From positions 1 to 64,000 of IMG/VR virus record IMGVR_UViG_3300043432_000237: a stretch of DNA of 64,000 nt; one strand, given 5' to 3'. The notes under the pieces are model-generated. The model was given only the letters and a program-made list of their open reading frames with translations. It made no database searches and was not told the DNA's origin. This DNA comes from a virus (lineage: Duplodnaviria; Caudoviricetes). Position 1 is the stretch's first letter. Every line of letters starts with the position of its first letter. Both the position numbers and the translations under genes were made by a program. Positions 51,522-59,947 of this stretch are shown here, one piece after another.

Positions 51522-52964
51522 ATGCAAGACGCTGGAATCGGGCTCCGCCGACTCTCCCCTCGCGACACCCTGGCCGGCGATCCGGGCGGGAGCATAACCG
51601 GCGTCAGCACCTACGAGCTGCCCGACGGAGCGATCTGTTGGTGTGTCGAAACGCAGTGCGACTACCAGTTGCACAAGAGTTCCACGACAGCGGCTGACGG
51701 AGTCTACGTCGTGGCGCCGGCCGCTGGCCCTGGTCGCTGGTTTCAACTGGCAGTGGGGAACAACGTGCTGGTGCAGCCGAGCTGGTACGTCAACGCGGTC
51801 ACTGGTTCAGACGCCAACGACGGCACGACGGCGCTGACCCCGCTGCTCACGTTGGCGGAGCTGTACCGTCGAACGGTGGGCAAAGTGTTCGCCGTGAACG
51901 CTACGGTGTACCTGAGTGGTGACTTCAGCGCAGAGGCACTGGTGCTGGACGCCTGCGTCGCGCCGGGGGTGCAGGTCACGGTGCGCGGTGAAGTCCGACA
52001 GGACGGCAGTTACTCTGTCGGGGCGTATACCGCGTACAACGGTGCAACGAGCACTCCGGCGGTAGTGAGCGACGGCGGAGCGACCGCATACGCTGGCGAC
52101 GTGGGCAAGATCGCGCGGATGACTTCGGGAGCGGCAATCAACTGCTCTGCTCCGATCATGAAGGCGACGGCCGCTGGAGCGTTCCGACCTGGACACTTCC
52201 AGTCGGTGGACTACGTGACGATGGCTCCGGGCGTCGGCGACACCTACGTGGTCGAGGAACTGCTCACCAAGGTAGGGACCATCCAAACGCGCATGAGCGG
52301 CAGCGGTGGAGACTACTCGGTCTATGCCCCGCGCCTGCTCGTGCGGGACCTGGATGTGTACCCGCCGGCAAACACGCCTCAAGACCTGTCGTTCAACGCA
52401 GGCGACGCGAGCGGAGCGGGCACCTTGCTCTACCGCGTGCGTCTGTCCGGTGGCGCCCTGGGCAATGTGTGGCTGACCGGTAGCGGGGTCCAGCTGCTCT
52501 GCACGTACTCCAAAGCCGATTGCTATCTCACCGTCGCCGGTTCAGCGCTCTACTGCTGGGGCTTCGTGGCGATGGGCGGGCTGCAGGTCAACAACAGCAT
52601 CTTGAATGTCCCCTTTGACATGATGCTGGTACAGGGTCACGCGGTTTACTTCTACGGAGGCCAAGTCGCCGCAGTCGCAGGCATCGGGTTCCTGGACATC
52701 GGAGCCGGCGACGGTGCCGGGCTGATCGTCAGCACCGGAGCCAACGTCGAGGCATCCGCCGGGACGTCGTACCTCTGGAGCAACGGAAACCTGTGCGCGT
52801 ACGGTATCCGAGTAGGAGCAGGATCGATGGTCACCTACGGAGTGAAGCCGACGGCCACCGGCGTCACGAACGACACGCTAGTCGGCGGGACCGCCAAGGC
52901 CTATGCCGCGATCCCCTACTTCGAGGCCGCCAACGGCGCGGGCATCGTGGTCTACCAGGGATAG
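51522..52964 (+). CDS. Spike/receptor-binding protein: shared adaptor plus beta-helix-like domain
   Basis: Adaptor shared with 32768..33382; WYVNAVTGSDANDG...PLLTL motif typical of the start of pectin-lyase-like folds. Confidence 0.7.
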   Translation: MQDAGIGLRRLSPRDTLAGDPGGSITGVSTYELPDGAICWCVETQCDYQLHKSSTTAADGVYVVAPAAGPGRWFQLAVGNNVLVQPSWYVNAVTGSDANDGTTALTPLLTLAELYRRTVGKVFAVNATVYLSGDFSAEALVLDACVAPGVQVTVRGEVRQDGSYSVGAYTAYNGATSTPAVVSDGGATAYAGDVGKIARMTSGAAINCSAPIMKATAAGAFRPGHFQSVDYVTMAPGVGDTYVVEELLTKVGTIQTRMSGSGGDYSVYAPRLLVRDLDVYPPANTPQDLSFNAGDASGAGTLLYRVRLSGGALGNVWLTGSGVQLLCTYSKADCYLTVAGSALYCWGFVAMGGLQVNNSILNVPFDMMLVQGHAVYFYGGQVAAVAGIGFLDIGAGDGAGLIVSTGANVEASAGTSYLWSNGNLCAYGIRVGAGSMVTYGVKPTATGVTNDTLVGGTAKAYAAIPYFEAANGAGIVVYQG

Positions 52965-53019
52965 AGCAGCCACCGAACCCTTGGCAGCGCCAGGCGCCCA
53001 GTGATAAGTCACCAGGCAG

Positions 53020-53610
53020 ATGGCCAATGAGCTGTTCGAGGCGCTGAGCAAGGTTGCGTTCTCCCTGCAGGGCTTGCCGCGCGGCTCACTGGGTGGCCCG
53101 GTCTGGGAAGAGCTGAAGCCCTGGCTGGAGAAGTTGATGTCACACGCGGCGCCCAAGTGGTTGCCGCGCCTGAGCTTCGCGTTCCCCTGCCAGGTGGCTG
53201 TGCATCGACAGGGCGTGCCCATTGGGCCCTGTCCGCACCGGGCCATCGCGAGCTGCGACGTCTGCGGTGGCGCCTGCTGCCTGCACCACGCGCGCATCGA
53301 CCAGCTGGGCGACGCCATCTGCTACCCGTGCGTGGCGCGCGCTGTGGCGGCACACCGTGGCGGCGGCGCACCTCCGGCGCCCCCTCCGCGCAGCAAGGCA
53401 GAAGAGCTGCGCTGGGCCCGCAAGCTGCTCAAGGTCAAGCCGGAGGACGACTGGGAGACCATCCGCGCGGCGCACCGGCGCGAGAGCGGAAAAACCCACC
53501 CGGACCGGCAGCGCACCGACAAGGCCAAGGCCAAGGCCACCGAGCGCTTCAAGCTGGTGCAGCAGGCGTTCGAGGTGCTCAAGCTCGAACACGGCCCCAA
53601 GACGGGCTGA
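53020..53610 (+). CDS. B-box-like Zn finger plus C-terminal J-domain
   Basis: CDVCGGACCLHH..CYPC; ARKLL.V..IRAAHR..THPDR..FKLVQQAFEVL. Confidence 0.85.
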   Translation: MANELFEALSKVAFSLQGLPRGSLGGPVWEELKPWLEKLMSHAAPKWLPRLSFAFPCQVAVHRQGVPIGPCPHRAIASCDVCGGACCLHHARIDQLGDAICYPCVARAVAAHRGGGAPPAPPPRSKAEELRWARKLLKVKPEDDWETIRAAHRRESGKTHPDRQRTDKAKAKATERFKLVQQAFEVLKLEHGPKTG

Positions 53611-53658
53611 CGTTCAGGTTTTTGGTCGATGGCCGAGCCGGGTGGTAGCCTGACCTCC

Positions 53659-53868
53659 ATGAGCTACGGATCGCTGGGTGAGAGCTACGCCATCACGCTG
53701 CCGGTGGTGGGGCACACCTCCATGGAGCTGCCGGTCCAGAAAATCACGCACGACGCCATGAGCTACGCGCTGGAGGATCTCAAGCTCCGCGTCAAGGCGA
53801 AGCTGCCGGTCGTGATCGGTGTCGGTCTGCTCGGCGTGGCCGGCTATCTCGTGATCAAGAGGATGTGA
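53659..53868 (+). CDS. Small tail-anchored protein (leaderless)
   Basis: TTGGTC-N18-TAGCCT-N7-ATG; MSYGSLGE; TM followed by KR. Confidence 0.65.
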   Translation: MSYGSLGESYAITLPVVGHTSMELPVQKITHDAMSYALEDLKLRVKAKLPVVIGVGLLGVAGYLVIKRM

Positions 53869-54194
53869 TGAGCTACGTGAACACCAGCAGGCCGTACTAC
53901 GAGCAGTTCCAGATCGACACGCCCCTCGAAGAGGGCACGATGGGCTGGTCGCGCGCTCCCTGGCCCGGGTGGGGTCAGAACGCCAACCTGATCGGTCCCA
54001 AGCAGATCGCGGTCGGCTCCAGCCCTGACGGACTCGGTGCGTACTACCGGAACCAGGAGAACCGCGCGATCGGCCAGGACGCTGGCTCGGGCGGTGGTGC
54101 GCTGGTGGTCGTGATGTTCGCGTGCGCGGTGGTCGGCGGGCTGGTGCTGCTCGGCAGCATGCGCGAGATCGGCAAGCAGCCGCGTCGTCGGTGA
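53868..54194 (+). CDS. Small tail-anchored protein
   Basis: MSY start, DGLGAY, AIGQD; TM followed by KQPRRR. Confidence 0.65.
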   Translation: MSYVNTSRPYYEQFQIDTPLEEGTMGWSRAPWPGWGQNANLIGPKQIAVGSSPDGLGAYYRNQENRAIGQDAGSGGGALVVVMFACAVVGGLVLLGSMREIGKQPRRR

Positions 54195-54198
54195 GATC

Positions 54199-54570
54199 GT
54201 GATCGCGCCGCTGACCGATCCGTGGTTCGAGGCGGAGTTCTACGGGCAGGCCACGCAGTACAGCTACCGCTTGCAGGGAGCGAGCATCGAGGGCGCGCAG
54301 GGACTCTTTCTGTGGTGTCCCTGTGGCTACGGCCAGGCGCAGTACCCGCTGTCCGGGCCTCGTCCCCATGGCCTGCTGGTGCCCTTCGCCAACCCTCGCA
54401 ACGCCCCCGCGTTGCCGGCCGAGCATGGACCAGTCGGTCACTCAGGAGAGCATCCGCGCTGGACGATGGCCGGGTCCGGGCTCGCAGATTTGACGCTTGC
54501 GCCGTCAGTAGACGTCGGCGCGCCGCAGTCCTGCTGGCACGGATTCATCCGCAACGGAGAAGTCAGTTGA
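54199..54570 (+). CDS. Cys/His Zn-binding protein (DUF6527-like)
   Basis: WCPCG...LTLAPSV...CWHGFIRNGEV. Confidence 0.55.
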   Translation: MIAPLTDPWFEAEFYGQATQYSYRLQGASIEGAQGLFLWCPCGYGQAQYPLSGPRPHGLLVPFANPRNAPALPAEHGPVGHSGEHPRWTMAGSGLADLTLAPSVDVGAPQSCWHGFIRNGEVS

Positions 54571-54605
54571 CAGCTCTGCTAGCGCGGTGCTAGCCATCAG
54601 CGAAC
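54567..54605 (+). promoter_or_regulatory. Promoter with GCTAGC operator repeats, copy 1
   Basis: TTGACAGC-N3-GCTAGCGCG-N-TGCTAGC; ATG 39 nt after the start of TTGACA. Confidence 0.75.
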
Positions 54606-55220
54606 ATGTCCGAGGGAAACAAGCTGATCCCGCCCGTTGCGCCGATGGGCTGGGTCAAGGGTGGCACTCCGACGAGCGCGCACGAGCGCCAGATCGCCAA
54701 GCAGGATTTCGACGCCGAGCAGCGCAGGAAGTTGCTCGATGCGCAGGTCGGGGCGACGCAGACCGGCAAGCTGCCGGATGCTTTGCGCGCTCCGGGCATG
54801 GACGGCGGCCCCGGCGTCGCGCGCATGAACAGTCTGCGCCTGGGCGGGCGCGACCACGCGGCCATCGTGCTGGGTGTGCGCCACCCGAAGGACAACCAGA
54901 TCCTGGACTGGATCACCTGTGAGCTGAGCGCCGAGCCGAAGCCGGACGGCACGCAGGAGCTGGTCCTGGTCCTGGCGTGCGTGCGCTGCATCAAGACGCT
55001 GGGCAAGCACAGTCAGCGCTCGCAGATGACCATTCGCCAGAGCAACCGCATGTTCTGGTTGGACCAGCGTCGAGCCGGCGAGATCTGGGTCAACCCGAAA
55101 GACAAGAACGAGGTCTACACGCTGGCGGGCACCATCACGACCAACGACTGGATCACCTGCCCCAATGAGGGGTGCGGGTGGAGATTCAAGATCGACGACA
55201 GCATCGTGAGGTGTGACTGA
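54606..55220 (+). CDS. Hypothetical Zn-binding protein
   Basis: CVRC and CP..GC motifs. Confidence 0.6.
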   Translation: MSEGNKLIPPVAPMGWVKGGTPTSAHERQIAKQDFDAEQRRKLLDAQVGATQTGKLPDALRAPGMDGGPGVARMNSLRLGGRDHAAIVLGVRHPKDNQILDWITCELSAEPKPDGTQELVLVLACVRCIKTLGKHSQRSQMTIRQSNRMFWLDQRRAGEIWVNPKDKNEVYTLAGTITTNDWITCPNEGCGWRFKIDDSIVRCD

Positions 55221-55534
55221 TGGGACAGGATCGCCGCCGCCGCCGCTTGGCGGCCAAGGGACACTTGAAGCTCTTGCGCGGAGGCGTGGAGCCCGCCCCG
55301 GTAGGGGCGCCGCTGTCTAGTGCTCCGGACCGCTTGGGTCAGGCCGTGCTGGTGCTGATTCAGAAGATGCGCACGATGCCGGAGCGCTGTGATCCCGCGG
55401 CCGAGGTCAAGGTGTTGCTGCAGGTTGCAGCCAAGCTGGCCGAGCAGCTGGGAGCTGACGCCGATCAGTTTGCGGCGGTCGCCCAGCACGAGTTCGTGGA
55501 GTACCTGTCGCAGCCGTCCAAGCCAGGAGCCTGA
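55220..55534 (+). CDS. Hypothetical protein
   Basis: Coupled ORF. Confidence 0.5.
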   Translation: MGQDRRRRRLAAKGHLKLLRGGVEPAPVGAPLSSAPDRLGQAVLVLIQKMRTMPERCDPAAEVKVLLQVAAKLAEQLGADADQFAAVAQHEFVEYLSQPSKPGA

Positions 55535-55535
55535 G

Positions 55536-56876
55536 GTGGAAGAGTTCACGGAGCCTCCGACTCCGACCGCCGAGTCGCTGCGCGAGGTGGTCTTCGCTTC
55601 TGGTACTGCCGCCGAGCATGCGTTCGGGGTGCTCTACCAGGGCGAGCACGAGACGCTGTGGGACGGTACGGGCGTGGCGGTGCGCTTGCACGCGCGCGCA
55701 CTGGCCTCGACGGGGCTACCGCTGCTGCTCAAGAGCTTCAGCAACGTCGTGATCAACGAGAACGGCATTGCGGAGCCGCTGCACGTCGTCGGCCTGGATC
55801 CCAAGCTGCAAGAGCAGGTCGGCGCGCTGCGCAACAGCTCGATCGCCACGCTGGTGCCGCTCATCAAGCACCTGGTCGTCCGTGACGCCGATCACCTGCG
55901 CAACGTGATCTACCCCAAGGGCGTCGTGGCCGCGGACATGGATCAGCTCATGCAGATGCGTGAGTCGGTGGCCCGGGCGACGATCCTCTACACGGTCTGG
56001 GAGCGTGAGAAGATCGATCCTGCCATCGCCAAGCACCTCGCGCGCGTGGCCGAGTGCTGGGTGCCATGCGAGGACAACGCGGCCATGTTGCGCCGGGCCG
56101 GTGTGCAGCGCGTGCACGTGGTGCCGCACCCCTACGACCCCGCCGATCCGTTGTGCACCTTCCGCGCGACGCGCCGCCCGCTGGCGCAGCGGCGCTTCTA
56201 CTCCATCGGGGCCTGGCAACCCCGCAAGGGCTATGATCGGCTCCTGGGCGCCTTCCTGCTCGCGTTCCGGCCGGGGGACGATGTGCACCTGACGCTGAAG
56301 ATCAGCGGCGGCCAGTGGCCCAGCTACGAGCCGCCGGAGGCCGCACTGGGGCGCTGGCTGCAGGACAAGCGCGTCGTGCAGCGCGGCTGGACGTACGACA
56401 GCCTGCAAGGCTACCTGCGGGTCGCCACCGCACGCCTGCCGCAGCCGGTCATCCAGCGCATGCACTACGAGAACAACATCTACGTGAGCAGCTCGCACGG
56501 CGAGGCCTGGTGCTTGCCGGCGTTCGACGCCAAGCTCGCGGGCAATCGCCTCGTGCACGTTCCATTCGGGGGGACGAAGGACTTCGCTGGTCCGGGGGAT
56601 GTGGCGGTGCCGATGCGCCCCGGGCCGGTGCACCCGAGCTACCGGTGGGAAGCGGATGCGACCTGGGCGGACTACGAGGTCGAGGAATTGGCGGCGGCGT
56701 TGCAGACAGCGGAAGCCCCGACGACGTACGAGTTGCCGCCAGGTTTCGAGCAGCGGTTCCAGCTTGGCCACGTGGGCCAGCAGATGGCCGAGCGCGTGCT
56801 GGCCGTTGTGACCGCGACGCAGATCCGGCTGGCCGAGGCCTATCTGCGGAGCCAAGTGCGTCCGTGGTTGCCATGA
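55536..56876 (+). CDS. GT-B (GT4-like) glycosyltransferase
   Basis: YTVWE, WVPC..N, FYSIG.WQPRKG...L, YVSSSHGEAWCLPAFDA. Confidence 0.85.
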   Translation: MEEFTEPPTPTAESLREVVFASGTAAEHAFGVLYQGEHETLWDGTGVAVRLHARALASTGLPLLLKSFSNVVINENGIAEPLHVVGLDPKLQEQVGALRNSSIATLVPLIKHLVVRDADHLRNVIYPKGVVAADMDQLMQMRESVARATILYTVWEREKIDPAIAKHLARVAECWVPCEDNAAMLRRAGVQRVHVVPHPYDPADPLCTFRATRRPLAQRRFYSIGAWQPRKGYDRLLGAFLLAFRPGDDVHLTLKISGGQWPSYEPPEAALGRWLQDKRVVQRGWTYDSLQGYLRVATARLPQPVIQRMHYENNIYVSSSHGEAWCLPAFDAKLAGNRLVHVPFGGTKDFAGPGDVAVPMRPGPVHPSYRWEADATWADYEVEELAAALQTAEAPTTYELPPGFEQRFQLGHVGQQMAERVLAVVTATQIRLAEAYLRSQVRPWLP

Positions 56877-57073
56877 AGACCTGTTGCTGGTGCTCTGGGG
56901 TGAGTGCGCGACCGCTCGACGTGGACGGCGAGCACTACCATGCGCGCTGTCTGCGCGAGTGGCGAGCGCTGGCGCGCACGCTGCGCGCCAGGGCCGGGCA
57001 CAGCACGCAGTTGCACGACAGCCTGGAGGTCGTGCCACCGCAGATCCATTCCAGCGTGGGAGTGCTGCCATGA
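56873..57073 (+). CDS. Small Cys/His protein
   Basis: MKTCCWC...YHARC; coupled on both sides. Confidence 0.4.
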   Translation: MKTCCWCSGVSARPLDVDGEHYHARCLREWRALARTLRARAGHSTQLHDSLEVVPPQIHSSVGVLP

Positions 57074-58149
57074 GTCAAGCCCGGTTGTATGGTCGCGTGC
57101 TGGGCAACGGCTCGCACGTGCAGGTGACGCGCGGCTTCCAGCAAGCCCTGAGCGCTGCGGGCCTGCTGGCGGGTCAGGTGCACCTGGATCTGGACGAGGT
57201 GGACGAGGTGCCGCCTGGAGCGAGCGCGCCCGTGGCGGTGTTCACGGGGCCGCTCAACATGGTGGCGGCCATGCGGCGCAACGCCGACCACCGCGAGCGC
57301 TGGACGCTGGTGGCCCCGAACAGCGACAAGAGCCCGCCGCGCCTGCTGGCTACCGTGGTGGAGCACTCCACCCGCATCCTGACCCCGAGTGACTGGGGCA
57401 CGCGCGTGGTCCAGGCGCAGCTCACGGAGCTGGGGTTGAGCTGTCCCGTTTCGACCGCTCCGCACGGCATCGCCCCGGAGCTGCGAGTGCACCCCGAGGC
57501 GCGCGCGACGATGGAGCGGAGCTACCAGGAGGGCGCCTTCAAGGTGCTGCACTTCTCGACCAGTGATCGCCAGCGCAAGGGCACGCGCGAGCTGCTGCAG
57601 GCCTGGCAGGAGCTGGCGCCGGTGCTGGGAGACCGCGCACACCTGATCTTGGTGCTGGATCCTCTGGCGGAAAGCGCACTGAGAGCCTGGTGTGTGGACG
57701 AAGATGCGCAGCGCCTGATCCTGCACCCGCAGGTCAGCTTGCTCACTCGACTGGATTGTTCCCCCGCGGACATGGCCCGCGTGCTCTCGTCGGTGCACGT
57801 GGTCTGTCAACCCTCACGGGGAGAAGGTTTCGGACTGGTGCCGCTCGAAGCGCGCGCCTGTGGCGTGCCGGTAGTCATGACCGACTGCACCGGGCACAGT
57901 CAGCACACGCACATTGGGGATCCGGGCGTGCTGGTGGTGCCGACGTACGACCCCGCCCCCATCGACGACTGGGAGGGCGCACGCGCCCCTGCGCTGCGCG
58001 TGCCCGATCTGATCGAGTTTTTGGCCGGTGCGCACGCGCTCTGGCCGTCCCTGAATGCCTCCGCGCGCGCCGCCGCGCCGGAGATTCAGTCCTGGTGGAG
58101 CTGGCCCGAACAGCTGAGAGGAGTGCTAGATGCCATCCGAGAAACCTGA
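57070..58149 (+). CDS. GT-B (GT4-like) glycosyltransferase
   Basis: RQRKG, QPSRGEGFGLVPLEARACGVPVV. Confidence 0.9.
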   Translation: MSQARLYGRVLGNGSHVQVTRGFQQALSAAGLLAGQVHLDLDEVDEVPPGASAPVAVFTGPLNMVAAMRRNADHRERWTLVAPNSDKSPPRLLATVVEHSTRILTPSDWGTRVVQAQLTELGLSCPVSTAPHGIAPELRVHPEARATMERSYQEGAFKVLHFSTSDRQRKGTRELLQAWQELAPVLGDRAHLILVLDPLAESALRAWCVDEDAQRLILHPQVSLLTRLDCSPADMARVLSSVHVVCQPSRGEGFGLVPLEARACGVPVVMTDCTGHSQHTHIGDPGVLVVPTYDPAPIDDWEGARAPALRVPDLIEFLAGAHALWPSLNASARAAAPEIQSWWSWPEQLRGVLDAIRET

Positions 58150-58639
58150 GGGCGCGTCGGGAAATCTTCCGGGCCCGTGTCGATCGCTAACGGCTCCCGA
58201 GATCGTTCGCATCATCAACGGTATGTTGTTCTTCCTGTGTGGAGCCGTCTCGGGCACTCGGCTTCAGGCTCGGCTACCTGCGTTCAGCGATGAAGAGCTG
58301 GCCGAGGTCGTGCAGCAGTCTCTGCTGGGCATCGAGGCCTACTACCAGACGCCGATCTCCACGGCTGCGGAGCTGGAGCGCACGGCGCGCGGGGTGCGTA
58401 GCAACCCCTTCGTGGCCATGGTCATGACCCCAATCGAAAGTTTGCTCAAGTCCAGCGCGCTGCTGTTTCCTGCGCCGGTCGTGCAAGAAGCGCTGAGCTG
58501 GTGGGTGACCTCACCCAACGGCCGCGAGCGCATCCGCCTGATCGCCGAATTCACAAAGAAAGAGTTCGAGGCGCACGCCGACTTTTTCGATCAGCTGCTC
58601 AAGCAAGCCACCGCACCAGGAGAACCAGATGGACAGTGA
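58130..58639 (+). CDS. Hypothetical protein
   Basis: ORF with SD. Confidence 0.5.
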   Translation: MPSEKPEGASGNLPGPCRSLTAPEIVRIINGMLFFLCGAVSGTRLQARLPAFSDEELAEVVQQSLLGIEAYYQTPISTAAELERTARGVRSNPFVAMVMTPIESLLKSSALLFPAPVVQEALSWWVTSPNGRERIRLIAEFTKKEFEAHADFFDQLLKQATAPGEPDGQ

Positions 58640-59108
58640 CAACAAGAAATCAGATCCCGCCGCCGCCGCCGCTTCAACGCTGGCCGTGCCCGAGAAGAAC
58701 AACGGTCTCGGTCACGCAACGGAGGGTGTGTTGCCGCCGCCGCTGGCGCCTGGGGTGGAGCGGCTGCAGCGCTACTTCAACAAGCCGGTGGCCGTGCAGC
58801 TCAGGCGCCCGCTGATCATTCTGGACTACGCCGGTGAGGCACAGATCGGCGATCAGCGGTTCGGGTTGCTGGGCCCCGCCATGATGACCGAGGGCGGCAA
58901 GGAGTCCGCCGTGGGCTCGCACTTCCTGCTGCCGACCGTGTTCCTGAACCCGTCTCCGAATGGCTGTGACCTGGTGGCGTGGATCCAGATGCCCGCGACC
59001 GGGGCAATGGTCGAGGTACTGATCGATCCCGCGGACGTGGAGTTCGTGACGTTCGTGGCCCGCATGCCGACGCCTCCCTCTCCGCTGGTGATGCCCAGGC
59101 AGAACTGA
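58629..59108 (+). CDS. Hypothetical protein
   Basis: AGGAG SD. Confidence 0.55.
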   Translation: MDSDNKKSDPAAAAASTLAVPEKNNGLGHATEGVLPPPLAPGVERLQRYFNKPVAVQLRRPLIILDYAGEAQIGDQRFGLLGPAMMTEGGKESAVGSHFLLPTVFLNPSPNGCDLVAWIQMPATGAMVEVLIDPADVEFVTFVARMPTPPSPLVMPRQN

Positions 59109-59788
59109 TGCCCAGTCCGCTGGAAACGCGCTTCCGGCGGTGGCTGATCGACAAGCTCAAGGTCACGCGCTGGGCCTCGTCGGAAACGGTCAACGCCGAG
59201 CTGGCGCGGCGCCTGGGCGTGCAGCTAGAGGTGCTACTGGCCGCCCAGGCCGAGCTGGACCAGGAGAACCGCGCCGCCGGCCGCCCCCTGACTCAGCTCG
59301 GCCGCCCGACCATCGCCAGCTCGCCCGCCGCGCGCAAGGCTCAGCTGACCCTGCAGCTGCCGCAGGTGGTCTACGCGCGCTGGACCACCGCGGCCCGCGA
59401 CCGAAACCTGAGCCGCGCTTCCCTGCTCCGCAGCGCCGTGCACACCTTCCTGCTGCAGCCCGAGCCTCCCTATCACCCGCCGACCAGCGGGTGGGTGATC
59501 GATGGCGTGCTGCAACCGCTGCCCTGGGAGCCCGAGAAGGCCATCAAGGGCAAGGGGTGGTGGCCGTACTGGGTGAACGCCTCGGTGACCCGGGGCGCCA
59601 AGGAAGCGCTCACGCGCCGCGCTCGCGCGACGGGCTGCAGCGAGTTCGCGTTGCTCCGGTCCATCATGCTGGACGTGATGTCGGGCCAGTTGCAGCACGT
59701 GATCTACTTGACGTCGCACACGGGGATGTGGGACGACCCTGACAAGTACCTGACGATGGAGCCAGCAGCATGGACACGGAAGACCTGA
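59108..59788 (+). CDS. Putative tandem RHH DNA-binding protein
   Basis: LTLQLP..ARDRNLSRASLLRSAV and VNASVT..ARATGCSEFALLRSIM. Confidence 0.55.
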   Translation: MPSPLETRFRRWLIDKLKVTRWASSETVNAELARRLGVQLEVLLAAQAELDQENRAAGRPLTQLGRPTIASSPAARKAQLTLQLPQVVYARWTTAARDRNLSRASLLRSAVHTFLLQPEPPYHPPTSGWVIDGVLQPLPWEPEKAIKGKGWWPYWVNASVTRGAKEALTRRARATGCSEFALLRSIMLDVMSGQLQHVIYLTSHTGMWDDPDKYLTMEPAAWTRKT

Positions 59789-59943
59789 AGGAAGCCCTCG
59801 CTGAAGCCTGTGAGAACGGTCTGGATGGTCTCGACGAATGCGAGATCACCAAGAAGGGTGTCGTGCTCACCTTCATGACCGGCGCGCAGTTTCGGTTGGT
59901 CGTCGAGGATCTGAGCGAAGACGAAGACGACGACGAGGACTGA
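59770..59943 (+). CDS. Small acidic protein (57 aa, missing from the ORF track)
   Basis: MDTEDLKEAL...KGVVLTFMTGAQFRLVVEDLSEDEDDDED. Confidence 0.5.
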   Translation: MDTEDLKEALAEACENGLDGLDECEITKKGVVLTFMTGAQFRLVVEDLSEDEDDDED

Positions 59944-59947
59944 GCGG

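Noticed and set aside
35287-54194. C-terminal anchors as sortase (LPXTG), PEP-CTERM or MYXO-CTERM signals
   Set aside because: No conserved signature before the TM, no N-terminal signal peptides and no sorting enzyme in the window
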